The translations under genes were made by a program, and so were the position numbers. Below, one piece after another: positions 37,601 to 46,237 of a DNA stretch of 64,000 nt. Each line of letters begins with the position of its first letter. Positions within the stretch are counted from its first letter, which is position 1. The notes beneath the pieces are model-generated. The model saw nothing but the letters and a program-made list of their open reading frames with translations, was not told the DNA's origin and searched no databases. Source of the stretch: Candidatus Coproplasma stercorigallinarum. GTDB taxonomy: Bacteria > Bacillota > Clostridia > Christensenellales > Borkfalkiaceae. The stretch lies in contig DVGQ01000019.1 in assembly GCA_018712655.1 (NCBI GenBank), positions 856-64,855 on the forward strand, given 5' to 3'.

Positions 37601-38674
37601 TTTGTAGCCGAGGTAGATGCTCTCTTCGTAGTCAACGCCGTATATGCCGCTCTTGACCATACCGCCGCCCGTCGGCGCATATGCAGAGTTGCCCGCCTCG
37701 TTGAGATATTCGTTGCTGCTGCCCGTCTGAGCGTTGTTGCCGAAGTTATACCACGTGGGGTCGGATGTAAAGTCGGCCATCCACTCGTCAACCAGCCTGC
37801 CGCTGGGGTTATAGGTGCCGTTCAGAATGCCGGCAAGGCCTGCAAGGCCGCCTACGCCCGGCCTGCCGATGTGCACGATGGCGTCTACCTGAGAATCTTC
37901 TTTGAGGCAGTCCACCTCCATTATGTTGGAAGTGTTCAGAACGACGATTACCTTATCGAAGTTGGACTCAACGTACTTTACGAGCGCCTGCTCGCTGTCG
38001 GTGAGCATCAGGCTGTGCTTATACTGCTTGCCGTCTTTGTCGGTATACAGCGCCTTATGCGTGCCGTCGTCCTCTTTGGCCTCTTCCGCCGAACCGTGCG
38101 CCGCCGTCGTGGTGGAGGCGTCGCTGCCTTCGCCGCCCTCGCGCGAGAGCACTATTATAGCCGCATCGTTGTATGCGCTGAGCGACTGTTTCGCCTTGCC
38201 CGAGAACTCGTCTTCGGTAACTTCGTCGCCGTGCTTGTTGGTGTTCTGCGCATAGAAGTTTTTAAGCGTGGGGTTTACGATGAAGCCCGCCTCTTCAAGC
38301 GCGTCGGCAACAGTCTCCTGACTGCTTGTAGCCGTCGAGCCGAAGGCGCCGGAACTGTCGGATGCGCCCACGAGGTTATCGGAAGTTACGCCGAATACGC
38401 TCACCTTAGAGCTGCCCGACATAGGCAGCGCGTTGTTGGCGTTTTTGAGGAGCACGTCGCCCTCGGAAGCCAGCTCTTCGGTCAGTCTTTCCGCCGCCGA
38501 CTTCGCTTCGTCCATCGAATCGTAGTCGCTGTAAAATTTAGCGGTCTCGTTTGCGTTTTCTGCCGCAAGAGCAACCGAAGAAAGCGTGCTTGCCGTGGCA
38601 GTCGCCGTCATTGCAACCGCCGCGAGTACGGCAAACGGTATCATCGCTCTCTTGCGCCACTTTGTTTTAATCAT
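34679..38674 (-). CDS. GH3 glycoside hydrolase 3 (1331 aa; signal peptide, reversed GH3, two Ig-like repeats, Pro/Gly-rich linker, C-terminal TM anchor)
   Basis: Signal peptide ...SSVALAAE. GH3 motifs VLLKNANNALPM, GTYNPSGRLVDEW, YLGYKYYE, YPFGYGLSY, then SGRNNEYYSQDG, VKHCFLND, AYFVTDG. Two LP-AG-x-L...G-x-I-x-GT repeats (NLPAGFELNGATGEITGT, NLPAGLTLGEDGIISGTPTEAGT). A PGGPGGPGGGGFPGGGMPPFGGGG stretch. Final TM ALALAGVSLGVAVLAGAAAVVIAV-KSRKKD. Strong RBS AAGGAGGA. Confidence 0.85.
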   Translation of the reverse strand: MIKTKWRKRAMIPFAVLAAVAMTATATASTLSSVALAAENANETAKFYSDYDSMDEAKSAAERLTEELASEGDVLLKNANNALPMSGSSKVSVFGVTSDNLVGASDSSGAFGSTATSSQETVADALEEAGFIVNPTLKNFYAQNTNKHGDEVTEDEFSGKAKQSLSAYNDAAIIVLSREGGEGSDASTTTAAHGSAEEAKEDDGTHKALYTDKDGKQYKHSLMLTDSEQALVKYVESNFDKVIVVLNTSNIMEVDCLKEDSQVDAIVHIGRPGVGGLAGLAGILNGTYNPSGRLVDEWMADFTSDPTWYNFGNNAQTGSSNEYLNEAGNSAYAPTGGGMVKSGIYGVDYEESIYLGYKYYETYYQDIYYGRQAIPEGYTSLSKEEAAQKWWADNVTYPFGYGLSYTSFSMNVKEMYYNNGTKTTVADGANLSTALFDSAAGTNNGNAQVEKLYVDVDVKNTGDVAGKQVVQVYVTAPYTSGGIEKSAVTLVGYAKTDELAPGETQTVTVEFNVQDMASWDYLDANQDGSKGDYELDTGAYTVRVMENSHFDCATDVSDENDAYDEVNFNIIAATEGDKAANMKTDDFSGGELGNKFSTENGVWNGTDRADVLNYNSTRTASLAADGKAAMTQMSRSDFAETFPEAPTEADLTFNDDAIDNWLYWDEYNVDTLGTDGKAVYSDEGQVWEKTADDIPEGWTQAATAGKEGSAAIQYSDMSGVAWDDPVWDTFLNQLTYDELCQIVELGGYGTTAIASIGKAQTVDADGPNNLSSSHCWCSEDIISSTWNTELAEEQGRMVGNIALLLGTQGWYGPGMDTHRSPFSGRNNEYYSQDGIQGGYIAAAVIQGAQSKGVITYVKHCFLNDQETNRDGKVLFVWANEQTIRENYAKVFQMALQEGGSKAAMTGYARIGGIPNTGNYNLMTGLMQEEWGSKAYFVTDGYIGWQDATELDIMVRTGYQLQLYTSPFVEELSGTWDASKNTVVLADGSESPTQWYCVRQSAKAVLYGGADTTSQFNGYSTLAVAGKQMTATTGVDFEGSVAIDANQLTSGSFVEYTVSGNLPAGFELNGATGEITGTTNQAGTYTFTVNYLIDGYVEKTAQHTITVASALYMDEEGDALDSAKVGTEFMAQIKSDVFTTAGEAYDTVKYEVAQGNLPAGLTLGEDGIISGTPTEAGTFNVTIRMTATKESSGGGFPFPGGDMPFSAEVTPLADAPAGPGGPGGPGGGGFPGGGMPPFGGGGTETTTLDYEITIVVAEDGTGTGGGEEEITIDDIADQIGDLADRIDGLEQGGSQDGGDNTAALALAGVSLGVAVLAGAAAVVIAVKSRKKD

Positions 38675-38834
38675 ATATCCTCCTTAGAATGATTATTAGC
38701 CGCAAGGCCGCGCCGCAATGCCCCGCAGCGAGGGTAAAAAAGCACCCTGCAAACAAGAGGATGCCATAAGTTTACCCCGTCGCATTCCCCCGTGCCCGCT
38801 GCGGCAAAAGCGCCCGCGCCCTGCCGACAACTAC

Positions 38835-38943
38835 ATTTTATCTCAAAGATTTTTTATGGCAAGGAAAGCACGACGAACGGTATGTTTTTTAAATTTACGC
38901 GCATACGCACCCTACGAACGGTAAAATTTTTAACACGAACGGC
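38835..38943 (-). promoter_or_regulatory. GH3-3 promoter with three LytTR-type boxes
   Basis: Minus strand: GCCGTTCGT (38943-38935) -12 nt- ACCGTTCGT (38922-38914) -32 nt- ACCGTTCGT (38881-38873) -10 nt- TTGCCA (38862-38857) -16 nt- TAAAAT (38840-38835). ACCGTTCGT matches the LytTR consensus 9/9. Confidence 0.6.
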
Positions 38944-39066
38944 AGATTGTGTACGCCGCAAACCGCAGATGAAAAATCAAAACAACCCGCGGGCGGCCGA
39001 AATGAGCGGGAATAACAAACCTTGCTTCCTTGCGCAAAAAAACAAAACCGTTGCCGCGTTATAAAC

Positions 39067-39095
39067 TTGCAAATTCATTGCTTTTCTGGTACTAT
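39067..39095 (+). promoter_or_regulatory. Predicted promoter of the MFS transporter gene
   Basis: TTGCAA (39067-39072), 17 nt, TACTAT (39090-39095). Confidence 0.45.
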
Positions 39096-39169
39096 CGGTA
39101 TGGCGCTGCAACGGCTGTCCGCCGAACCCGCAGAAGGCAGCATTTTCAAAGCGGCGGAGCTATAAAAAA

Positions 39170-40414
39170 ATGCAGAAAAGCAACTTTGCTTTTCTGCAAA
39201 ACAGCACTATCCCGCAAGGAAGTAAAACAAAAATGTATTCGCTTTTGCTGACATTGATTTATATAGCGTTTATAAGCCTGGGTCTGCCCGATTCGCTTCT
39301 CGGTTCGGCCTGGCCAACTATGCACTACGATTTGGAAGTGCCCGTATCTTATATGGGCATCATTTCGATGGTAATTTCGGGCGGAACTATCGTTTCGAGC
39401 CTCTTATCGGACAAACTGACAAGAAAACTCGGGACGAGAATAGTTACCGTAGTCAGCGTCATACTTACTGCGGCCGCCCTGTTCGGCTTTTCGTTTGCAA
39501 CAGAGTTCTGGATGCTGATAGTTTTTGCCGTGCCCTACGGCCTTGGGGCGGGCGCGGTAGACGCGGCGCTCAATAATTATGTTGCGCTGCATTACAAAGC
39601 CAGGCATATGAGCTGGCTGCACTGCTTTTGGGGCGTAGGCACGATTGTAAGTCCGTTTATTATGAGTTTTGCGCTTACAAATTCGACGTGGAACGACGGA
39701 TACCGCATTGTGGGATATATACAGCTCGGAATTTCGGTGCTGTTGCTTGCCGCCCTGCCCGTGTGGAAGGTAAACAAAAAAACGGAAGTTGCGCCGCAGA
39801 GGCACTTCGGCCTTTCGGGCGCGCTGAAAATAAGGGGCGTACCCTTTCTGCTGGTTGGTTTTTTTGCCTATTGCGCGCTGGAATCTACGGCAATGAACTG
39901 GGCAAGCACATATTTTGCAGAAGTAAAAGGAATTTCGGCAGAGCAGGCGGCGCAGTTTGCCTCCTTTTTCTATATAGGTATAACGGCGGGAAGATTTTTA
40001 AGCGGGTTTATTTCGGACAGAGTTGGCGACAGGCGGATGATTATTGCAGGAACGATTGTTCTTGCCTGCGGAATAATTCTGCTGTTCATACCAGGCCCCT
40101 CCGCCCTCTCGTTCACAGGTTTTATTGTAACAGGCCTCGGCTGCGCCCCCATATATCCCTGCATAATCCACTCCACTCCCGCCAACTTCGGCGCCGAAAA
40201 CTCGGGCTCGGTAATAGGAATACAGATGGCCGCCGCATATATAGGTTCAACATTCGTTCCGCCGCTGTTCGGACTGCTCGGAAGACTGCTCGGCTTCAAC
40301 ATTCTGCCGGTATACCTGATTATTTTTGCGGCTTTGATGATAACGATGACCGAACTTACGTTCCGCACGGCGGCGAAGGCAAGAGAACGGGAAAACACCC
40401 CCGACCGAACCTGA
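39170..40414 (+). CDS. MFS transporter (12 TM)
   Basis: Twelve hydrophobic helices with MFS-like loops (LSDKLTRKLGTR between TM2/3, SDRVGDRRM between TM8/9). Start is ambiguous: ATG 39170 or ATG 39233 (MYSLLL). A perfect 13-bp inverted repeat at 39171-39198 argues for 39233. Confidence 0.8.
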   Translation: MQKSNFAFLQNSTIPQGSKTKMYSLLLTLIYIAFISLGLPDSLLGSAWPTMHYDLEVPVSYMGIISMVISGGTIVSSLLSDKLTRKLGTRIVTVVSVILTAAALFGFSFATEFWMLIVFAVPYGLGAGAVDAALNNYVALHYKARHMSWLHCFWGVGTIVSPFIMSFALTNSTWNDGYRIVGYIQLGISVLLLAALPVWKVNKKTEVAPQRHFGLSGALKIRGVPFLLVGFFAYCALESTAMNWASTYFAEVKGISAEQAAQFASFFYIGITAGRFLSGFISDRVGDRRMIIAGTIVLACGIILLFIPGPSALSFTGFIVTGLGCAPIYPCIIHSTPANFGAENSGSVIGIQMAAAYIGSTFVPPLFGLLGRLLGFNILPVYLIIFAALMITMTELTFRTAAKARERENTPDRT

Positions 40415-40450
40415 AAAAATATGCGCTGATAAGCGACGTAAAAATTACGG

Positions 40451-40474
40451 AGGCGGGCATATGTATGCCCGCCT
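40451..40474 (+). terminator. Terminator after the MFS gene
   Basis: AGGCGGGCAT-atgt-ATGCCCGCCT followed by TCGCTTTTAC. Confidence 0.6.
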
Positions 40475-40554
40475 TCGCTTTTACACTGCAATAATCTTTT
40501 TTTTGCGGAGTCCGCCCCGCCTTTTTGCAGGGCGTTATCCGCGCAGTGCTTCAA

Positions 40555-42738
40555 TCAGCCTTCAAACCAGCCGAGAGTCTCTTCCGATGCAAGCATAAGG
40601 CTGTCGAAATCGAATCCCGCGTTTACGTCGCCGTTTATGACCTCGAACACAATTACGTTTTCACCCGGTTCAAGTTCTATCTGCGCGAGCTGAATCATCT
40701 CAAATTCCGTCCATTCCGACGCGGAGAATGCGGGAATTACAGCTTCCGACGATATTTCTGTGCCGTTAAGAGTAATCTTCATTGTATCCGTAAATTTAAG
40801 AACGGAGCCGCGCTTGCACACAGACGCAAAGAGAGTTGCAATAGCGCCGTCTTCGCCGCCGTCAATCCTGAACGTGAGCGTTGCCCCCACGTTGGCATTG
40901 AGCGTACCGACTTTATTTCCGGAAGGGGCAGGGGTTGCCTCGCTTCCGTCGGTAGACATATGGCCGGCGCCGTAAGTTACGTGAGCGGTGTCTTCGGCCT
41001 CAAATATGTTCTGAACGAGGTCGCCCATATCCATCTTTACGTTGACGGTATACGACGCGGAAACCTTTTCGTACTTTACGAGCACCGTCTTAGCGCCCAT
41101 AGTGGAGAGGTCGGGCGTGGATATATCGCAATCTTCGGCGGAAATGGTAACTTGGTTGCCCGTACGCGTAGTTGCCGTTATAACTATACCTTCGCTGCTG
41201 AATTCTTCGCCCATAATATACTCTGTCTTTGCGGCAGAAGCGTCAACGGAAAGCGATGTATAAGTATAATATTGTCCGAGCGTCCACGGGCGTATTGCTA
41301 TCACATCCATATCGGGCGCGTTGTCGCCCGTATATTTAAACGTAAGCGTATGTTCGCCGGCCGCAAGGTCTACGTACTCAGACCCGTCAATGCCGAGGCG
41401 TACGCGCACGAAGGGATTTGACGCTCCCGAATCGGCCCTGCCTTTAAAGCCCTTTTTGCCGTTTATGAATATATCATCCTTAGCGAGCTGTGTTCCGTCC
41501 AAATAAAACTCAACATTAGCCATAAGGTCGTCTATGGTATATCCTTCGGGCGCGGCCATATACGTATTGATATATATGGTACCCTTCGAAATCATATAGA
41601 AATTGAACTCCAACGACTGCCCGCTGAGCTTTGTTCCATCGAAGCACCTGCCGTCTTCACCCGCTTCTGCGGCGCCGCCCATATGGTCGGTATATGCGGG
41701 GAAGTTCTTTCCATAGGTCTGCATTTCGTCCGTCATAATTTCAGCAAGCACAAAATCTTTGCTGTAAGCCATAGTTATTACAGCGTCGTAGGCAGAAGTA
41801 TCGGCGTCTTCCAATATGGCGTCTTCCGCCTTATCGGACCAACCTATCTTTGCATCGGTCTTAATCTTGATATTGTCAAAGTTATACCCGAAGTCAGCGG
41901 ATATATTCATAAACTGAATGTTGTTCATCCCTGATTTTAGCTGTATGCAACCAAGATTTACGTCAATGAAGTCAGCCCACGTATCTGTACCCGTGCCCGT
42001 GGAGGGAACAAAGGTGTCGCGTTCGAGCATTTCGTTGTTCACCATAACGGCAACGCCCTGCGTGAAGATTGCCGAGCTGAGGCGCTTGCACACCGATACG
42101 AGCAAAGTCGCCGTGGCGTCCTTTTCCGCCCATACATTATATTCTATCGTTGCGCCCGCGCTGGCATTGAAATTGCCAATATATACGACGTCGGAATTGC
42201 GCTCCTTAATTTCGTCGGTAACGCCTGCATCGTCTATAACACGGAAGGTCGTAAGCTCGCCCCGAGCCCCTGCACGCAGAGACACGTTATAATCTTCCGC
42301 CTGCAACGTATAGGTCTTGTATGAGGACGCGTCGCCGCACTTTTCGGCGCAGACGGGGTCTTCGCACTCCATATCCATACACTTGCCGCATACGGGGCAC
42401 TGCTGGGTGCACTTATGGATTACCTCTATCGTATACTTGGCAGAAAATTCCTGATAGGTTACCGTAACTTCCTTCTGGCCTACGGCCGAGGTGTCGGGCG
42501 TGGATACCGTGCACTCTTCAAGAGGTATGTCCTGCGTGGTGTCGTTATCGAGATGTCCGATTACTTTGAGTCCGTCGTAGGTGAACGCGTCACCTTCGCT
42601 GAACGTGGTCGTCACGGCAGAGGTATCCAGCGATATGCTCGTTATGACGGGGTCGGCGCACGCCGAAAGAACGGCGAGCATCACGCACATCATAACCGCA
42701 ACAAAGACGGATACAACTCTTGTTACTGCTTTTTTCAT
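40555..42738 (-). CDS. Lipoprotein with Ig-like domains and several CBM-like beta-sandwich modules
   Basis: Lipobox AVLSAC. Ig-like modules (ISLDTSAVTTTFSEGDAFTYDGLKV...KEVTVTYQEFSAKYTIEV, repeated near residue 500). Repeated Y-T-L-Q-A-E-D / IFEAEDT-type module starts, as in CBM6/35-like domains. Cys-rich linker HKCTQQCPVCGKCMDMECEDPVCAEKC. RBS AAGGAGGAA. Confidence 0.6.
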   Translation of the reverse strand: MKKAVTRVVSVFVAVMMCVMLAVLSACADPVITSISLDTSAVTTTFSEGDAFTYDGLKVIGHLDNDTTQDIPLEECTVSTPDTSAVGQKEVTVTYQEFSAKYTIEVIHKCTQQCPVCGKCMDMECEDPVCAEKCGDASSYKTYTLQAEDYNVSLRAGARGELTTFRVIDDAGVTDEIKERNSDVVYIGNFNASAGATIEYNVWAEKDATATLLVSVCKRLSSAIFTQGVAVMVNNEMLERDTFVPSTGTGTDTWADFIDVNLGCIQLKSGMNNIQFMNISADFGYNFDNIKIKTDAKIGWSDKAEDAILEDADTSAYDAVITMAYSKDFVLAEIMTDEMQTYGKNFPAYTDHMGGAAEAGEDGRCFDGTKLSGQSLEFNFYMISKGTIYINTYMAAPEGYTIDDLMANVEFYLDGTQLAKDDIFINGKKGFKGRADSGASNPFVRVRLGIDGSEYVDLAAGEHTLTFKYTGDNAPDMDVIAIRPWTLGQYYTYTSLSVDASAAKTEYIMGEEFSSEGIVITATTRTGNQVTISAEDCDISTPDLSTMGAKTVLVKYEKVSASYTVNVKMDMGDLVQNIFEAEDTAHVTYGAGHMSTDGSEATPAPSGNKVGTLNANVGATLTFRIDGGEDGAIATLFASVCKRGSVLKFTDTMKITLNGTEISSEAVIPAFSASEWTEFEMIQLAQIELEPGENVIVFEVINGDVNAGFDFDSLMLASEETLGWFEG

Positions 42739-42756
42739 CTGTTTCCTCCTTACTGA

Positions 42757-45700
42757 TTATTTATCTGTATTCTTACGTTTGCCCCTGTTTATTATGGGAA
42801 GAACAAACGAAGTTACCGCCATTCCCAGGCACAGAACCGCCACCACGCCGCTGACTACCTGTCCTGCGGTAAGGGCCGTCTGCCACCAGGGTGTATGATA
42901 TATCATTCTCGAACCCTTGGTCATACCGTTGATGGCATTGGAATGAAGCTGGGTGTAAAGGTTGCGGTGACACGCTTCGCGTATGGCTTGAAGCACGACG
43001 GGATTGTTTTTGTAATCGCCGAACGCATTGAGGTTGGCGCCGCCCATCCACAGGTCGTTGCCTGCCACTACGCCGCCCGCGTATGCTTCGGGAACGAGCA
43101 TATGCGTACCTACGCCCGCATCCGTTTCAACCATTCCTATAAAGTTCCATTCGCCGCGGAGTACGTCGGTTAAAAGACCCTTGTGCGAACCTGCCCACGT
43201 GCAGCCTATGCGGTTGAACGACGACATCATCGCGTTTGCGTTGCCTTCGGTAACGCCCGCTTCAAACGCCTTCAAGTATATTTCCCTTATGGACTGTTCG
43301 TTGGCCCATACGCTGCCGCCGTAACGGTTGCGCTCCTGTTCGTTGAGGGCAAAGTGCTTGGTGAAAGTTATAACGCCCCTGTTTTGCAGTCCGCGCACTT
43401 CTGCCGCGTATGCCTTGCCGGAGAGGAAGCCGTCTTCCGAGTAATACTCCCACGAACGGCCGCAGTAGGCGTTGCGGTGGATATCGGCGCCCGTGCCGTA
43501 TATGCCCGTGAAGCCTATGTGCATAATCTCCATACCGAACGCGTTGCCGAGTTCTTCGATGAGCGGTTCGTTCCAGGTTGCCGCAAGAAGGCCGTTGCAG
43601 GGGAATGCCATATAAGATTCGAGTATGGCGCCGTCCCTTATGCCGCAGGGGCCGTCCTGGCTCTTGCCGCCGGGGGCAGCCACGCTCTCGGCGCCGGCAA
43701 ACGATGCCGAACCTGCCGTTACCAGGATTATGGATTCGTCGAGCGTGAGCTGGTTGAGAAGGTCTTCCCAAAGAGGGTCGTCGTATTCAACGTCCATAAG
43801 CATTGCAAGGGTAAGCTGGCCGAGTTCGGAAGTAACCATGCCGTAAGTGGGGGCTTCCACCCCTTCTTCCGCAGGTTCGGGCGCAGGGCCGTACTGCAAA
43901 TCTTTAATCATCTGCTCGGAGCAGGTGAGCACTACGGGCTTGGGATAGGTGCCGTTCCAGTCGCTGCGCGAAAGGTAGGTTATCTCCTGCCCCTTGGTGC
44001 CTTCGTACCTGTTCACGTCGGCGTCGTCGAACCTGTTTTCAACGGGGTTATTAGTGAAAGGAGATACCGAGAATTCGTCCTCGGCTATATTCACGTCGTC
44101 CAGCTTTACGGCGAGCTTGCCGTTGCCGTTATAGTCCATACCGTCGTCAACGGTATAGCCCTTGTTTGCAAGTATGTTGTTGAGGGCGTCGTGCGAGTTT
44201 GAACCTACGGCGATATAGTGTTCGCCGTCTTCAACTATATACGTGCCCTTGCCGTATGCGTCGTACGTCTTGAATTCGTATGCAGGTACGGTTATGGTCA
44301 CCGTCTGCGATGCGCCGGGTTCAAGCTCTTCGGTCTTGTCGAAGCCGACGAGTTCAACCGAAGCCTTTTCTATGTGATTCTGCTTGTCGTATTCGGTGTA
44401 GGGCTTCTGAATGTATGCCTGAACGACTTCCTTGCCCTTCACGTCGCCCGAGTTGGTTACGGTTACGCTGACTTCATAGTCGCCGTCGCCGTTCTGTTCA
44501 ACAGTGTAGTCGCTGTAAGAGAACGTGGTATAAGAACCGCCGTAGCCGAAGGGGAAGGCAACTTCGTCGGAATAAGACCAGCCCTTGCTTGCGTCGCCCG
44601 CAGTAACGCCCGCCGCGCCGTTTGCGTTGCGGCCGCCCAGAATGAGGTCTTCATACCTCGTCTCGTAGTAGCGGTAGCCCACGTATATGCCCTCTGCATA
44701 TACGACGTATTTGGTGTTGTGGGTGTACTGCGTATCCGCAGGCACGCCGTTGTGCTCGGTGAAGGTATAGTCGCCGAAGTTTACCGTGGAGGGAGCGGAA
44801 TCGGTGCTCATCGCCCACGTATCGGTCAGCCTGCCGTAAGGGTTGGCGCTGCCCGCAAGCAGTTTTGCAAGCTGGTCGTACGAAGCGTTGCCGCCCATAC
44901 CTACCCACATACAGGCGTCTATATCGTGTTCGAGGATGTTTTCCATCGACATTGCCGCGGCGGAGTTGATTAAAAGAACTATCTTCTTAATCGTGCCGTT
45001 GGCCTTCATTTCGTCGAGCTTGGTAAGAATTTCGTCCTCGTTGATGGCAAGGTCCATATAATTTTCGTTAAGGCATTCGGGTGCGGGGAAGTCTGTATCG
45101 CCGTTCTCGCTGCCGTTGCGCGAAATTATCATTACCGCCGCGTCGCCGTACTGCTTTACAGAGGGGCCTACGTCGCCGAACATAGTGGAATTGAGCGCAT
45201 CCCACGAAGCCTCGCCCACTTTGAACTCTATATAGTTGGGGTCGGTCACGCCGCTGTAAATGCCCTGCGCCCTGCCGAAGCCCTTGGTTTTAACCAGCCT
45301 GTAAGCATTCCAGAGCTGATTGTTTACCGTAAGGCCCTCGTCTTCGCACGAAGATTTGAGGTTGTCGGTAGTAGTTATGGTTACGTGGCCGCTGCCTTCG
45401 CCGCTGTAAATGTAGTTGGATTCGAGGCAGGAAATGCCGAAGAGGCTTATTTTTGAACCGCCGGCAAGGGGAAGCGCAGGCTTTCCGTCTACGTCGTCGT
45501 TCCACAAAAGCACCGAACCTTCGGTGGCAACCTTTGTGGCAACCGACATAGAGTTGTTGCGCATAGCGTTGTGGTTATACGTAACCGTGCCGTCGGAATT
45601 CATCGTTTCGTAATCCGACTTGTAATATCTTGCCTGCGTGGGGTCGTCGTTTTCGTCCTTGACCATCTCCCACGGGTTGATATCGAAGTATTTGTTTATC

Positions 45701-45819
45701 CAGCCGTCGTTCTTCATTGCAATGGGCTTGCCGACGGTGAATACGACAAACCATATTGCAAAGAAAACTGTGAGAAGCACCCAGACAGAGCGCTTGCATA
45801 TTTTGTTGAAAGTATTCAT
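42757..45819 (-). CDS. GH3 glycoside hydrolase 4 (reversed domain order, TM segments at both ends)
   Basis: SVLLWNDDVDGKPALPL, GSANPYGRLTDTW, YVGYRYYE and FPFGYGGSY come first. CGRSWEYYSEDG, TKHFALNE and nucleophile motif GMVETDA come last. N-terminal TM VWVLLTVFFAIWFVVFTV and C-terminal TM VVSGVVAVLCLGMAVTSFVL. Confidence 0.85.
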   Translation of the reverse strand: MNTFNKICKRSVWVLLTVFFAIWFVVFTVGKPIAMKNDGWINKYFDINPWEMVKDENDDPTQARYYKSDYETMNSDGTVTYNHNAMRNNSMSVATKVATEGSVLLWNDDVDGKPALPLAGGSKISLFGISCLESNYIYSGEGSGHVTITTTDNLKSSCEDEGLTVNNQLWNAYRLVKTKGFGRAQGIYSGVTDPNYIEFKVGEASWDALNSTMFGDVGPSVKQYGDAAVMIISRNGSENGDTDFPAPECLNENYMDLAINEDEILTKLDEMKANGTIKKIVLLINSAAAMSMENILEHDIDACMWVGMGGNASYDQLAKLLAGSANPYGRLTDTWAMSTDSAPSTVNFGDYTFTEHNGVPADTQYTHNTKYVVYAEGIYVGYRYYETRYEDLILGGRNANGAAGVTAGDASKGWSYSDEVAFPFGYGGSYTTFSYSDYTVEQNGDGDYEVSVTVTNSGDVKGKEVVQAYIQKPYTEYDKQNHIEKASVELVGFDKTEELEPGASQTVTITVPAYEFKTYDAYGKGTYIVEDGEHYIAVGSNSHDALNNILANKGYTVDDGMDYNGNGKLAVKLDDVNIAEDEFSVSPFTNNPVENRFDDADVNRYEGTKGQEITYLSRSDWNGTYPKPVVLTCSEQMIKDLQYGPAPEPAEEGVEAPTYGMVTSELGQLTLAMLMDVEYDDPLWEDLLNQLTLDESIILVTAGSASFAGAESVAAPGGKSQDGPCGIRDGAILESYMAFPCNGLLAATWNEPLIEELGNAFGMEIMHIGFTGIYGTGADIHRNAYCGRSWEYYSEDGFLSGKAYAAEVRGLQNRGVITFTKHFALNEQERNRYGGSVWANEQSIREIYLKAFEAGVTEGNANAMMSSFNRIGCTWAGSHKGLLTDVLRGEWNFIGMVETDAGVGTHMLVPEAYAGGVVAGNDLWMGGANLNAFGDYKNNPVVLQAIREACHRNLYTQLHSNAINGMTKGSRMIYHTPWWQTALTAGQVVSGVVAVLCLGMAVTSFVLPIINRGKRKNTDK

Positions 45820-46100
45820 TCGCGTTCTCCTCCGTTGCTTGCTGCCGGGGTATCGAACAGCCCCCTCTTTTTAAGAATGTACATCACGACAGAACCTATG
45901 AGAATTACCGCAAAAATGACGGCTGCCGCGAACAGCGCAGACTGATACCATTCGTCAAAAAGACCTACCGTTTCGTTCGTCTGTGCGGCAACGCCGCCCA
46001 GCACCATATAGAGCGCGACAAAGCCTATCGTGGAAAAACATACCACGATTGCGCTTGCACCCGCTATGATGCCCCAGGGAAACTTTTTTAAAAGTCCCAT
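45816..46100 (-). CDS. Small membrane protein (2-3 TM), first gene of the GH3-4 operon
   Basis: 94 aa, hydrophobic (IIAGASAIVVCFSTIGFVALYMVLGGV; ALFAAAVIFAVILIGSVVMYI). RBS AGGAGGAAGAG. ATGA overlap with GH3-4. No clear similarity to the two 140-150 aa paralogs. Confidence 0.5.
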   Translation of the reverse strand: MGLLKKFPWGIIAGASAIVVCFSTIGFVALYMVLGGVAAQTNETVGLFDEWYQSALFAAAVIFAVILIGSVVMYILKKRGLFDTPAASNGGERE

Positions 46101-46196
46101 CTCTTCCTCCTGTTATGTTTTGTTTTTTCGTCCCGGCACGCGGTACCTTTCGTGCTGCGGCGATGAGCGGGATTGCCCCGCCAGAGCAAAATTAAA

Positions 46197-46234
46197 GCCG
46201 GAAGCCAACCGGTCATTCCGGCCGAGCTTCCGGC
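46197..46234 (-). terminator. Terminator of the RR2-HK2 operon, abutting the GH3-4 promoter
   Basis: 9-bp stem GCCGGAAGC / GCTTCCGGC with an internally paired loop. The minus transcript continues TTTAATTTTGC. Confidence 0.55.
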
Positions 46235-46237
46235 TAA

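Noticed and set aside
37028-38692. Very long plus-strand ORFs opposite the big minus-strand genes (for example 37028..38692 at 554 aa, 23837..25765 at 642 aa, 46328..47704 at 458 aa, 49719..51212 at 497 aa, 30610..31644, 43183..44202).
   Set aside because: They lie antisense to genes with clear family motifs. Their translations are Arg/Ala/Gly/Val-rich with no recognisable motifs. Such stop-poor shadow frames are expected in GC-rich coding DNA.
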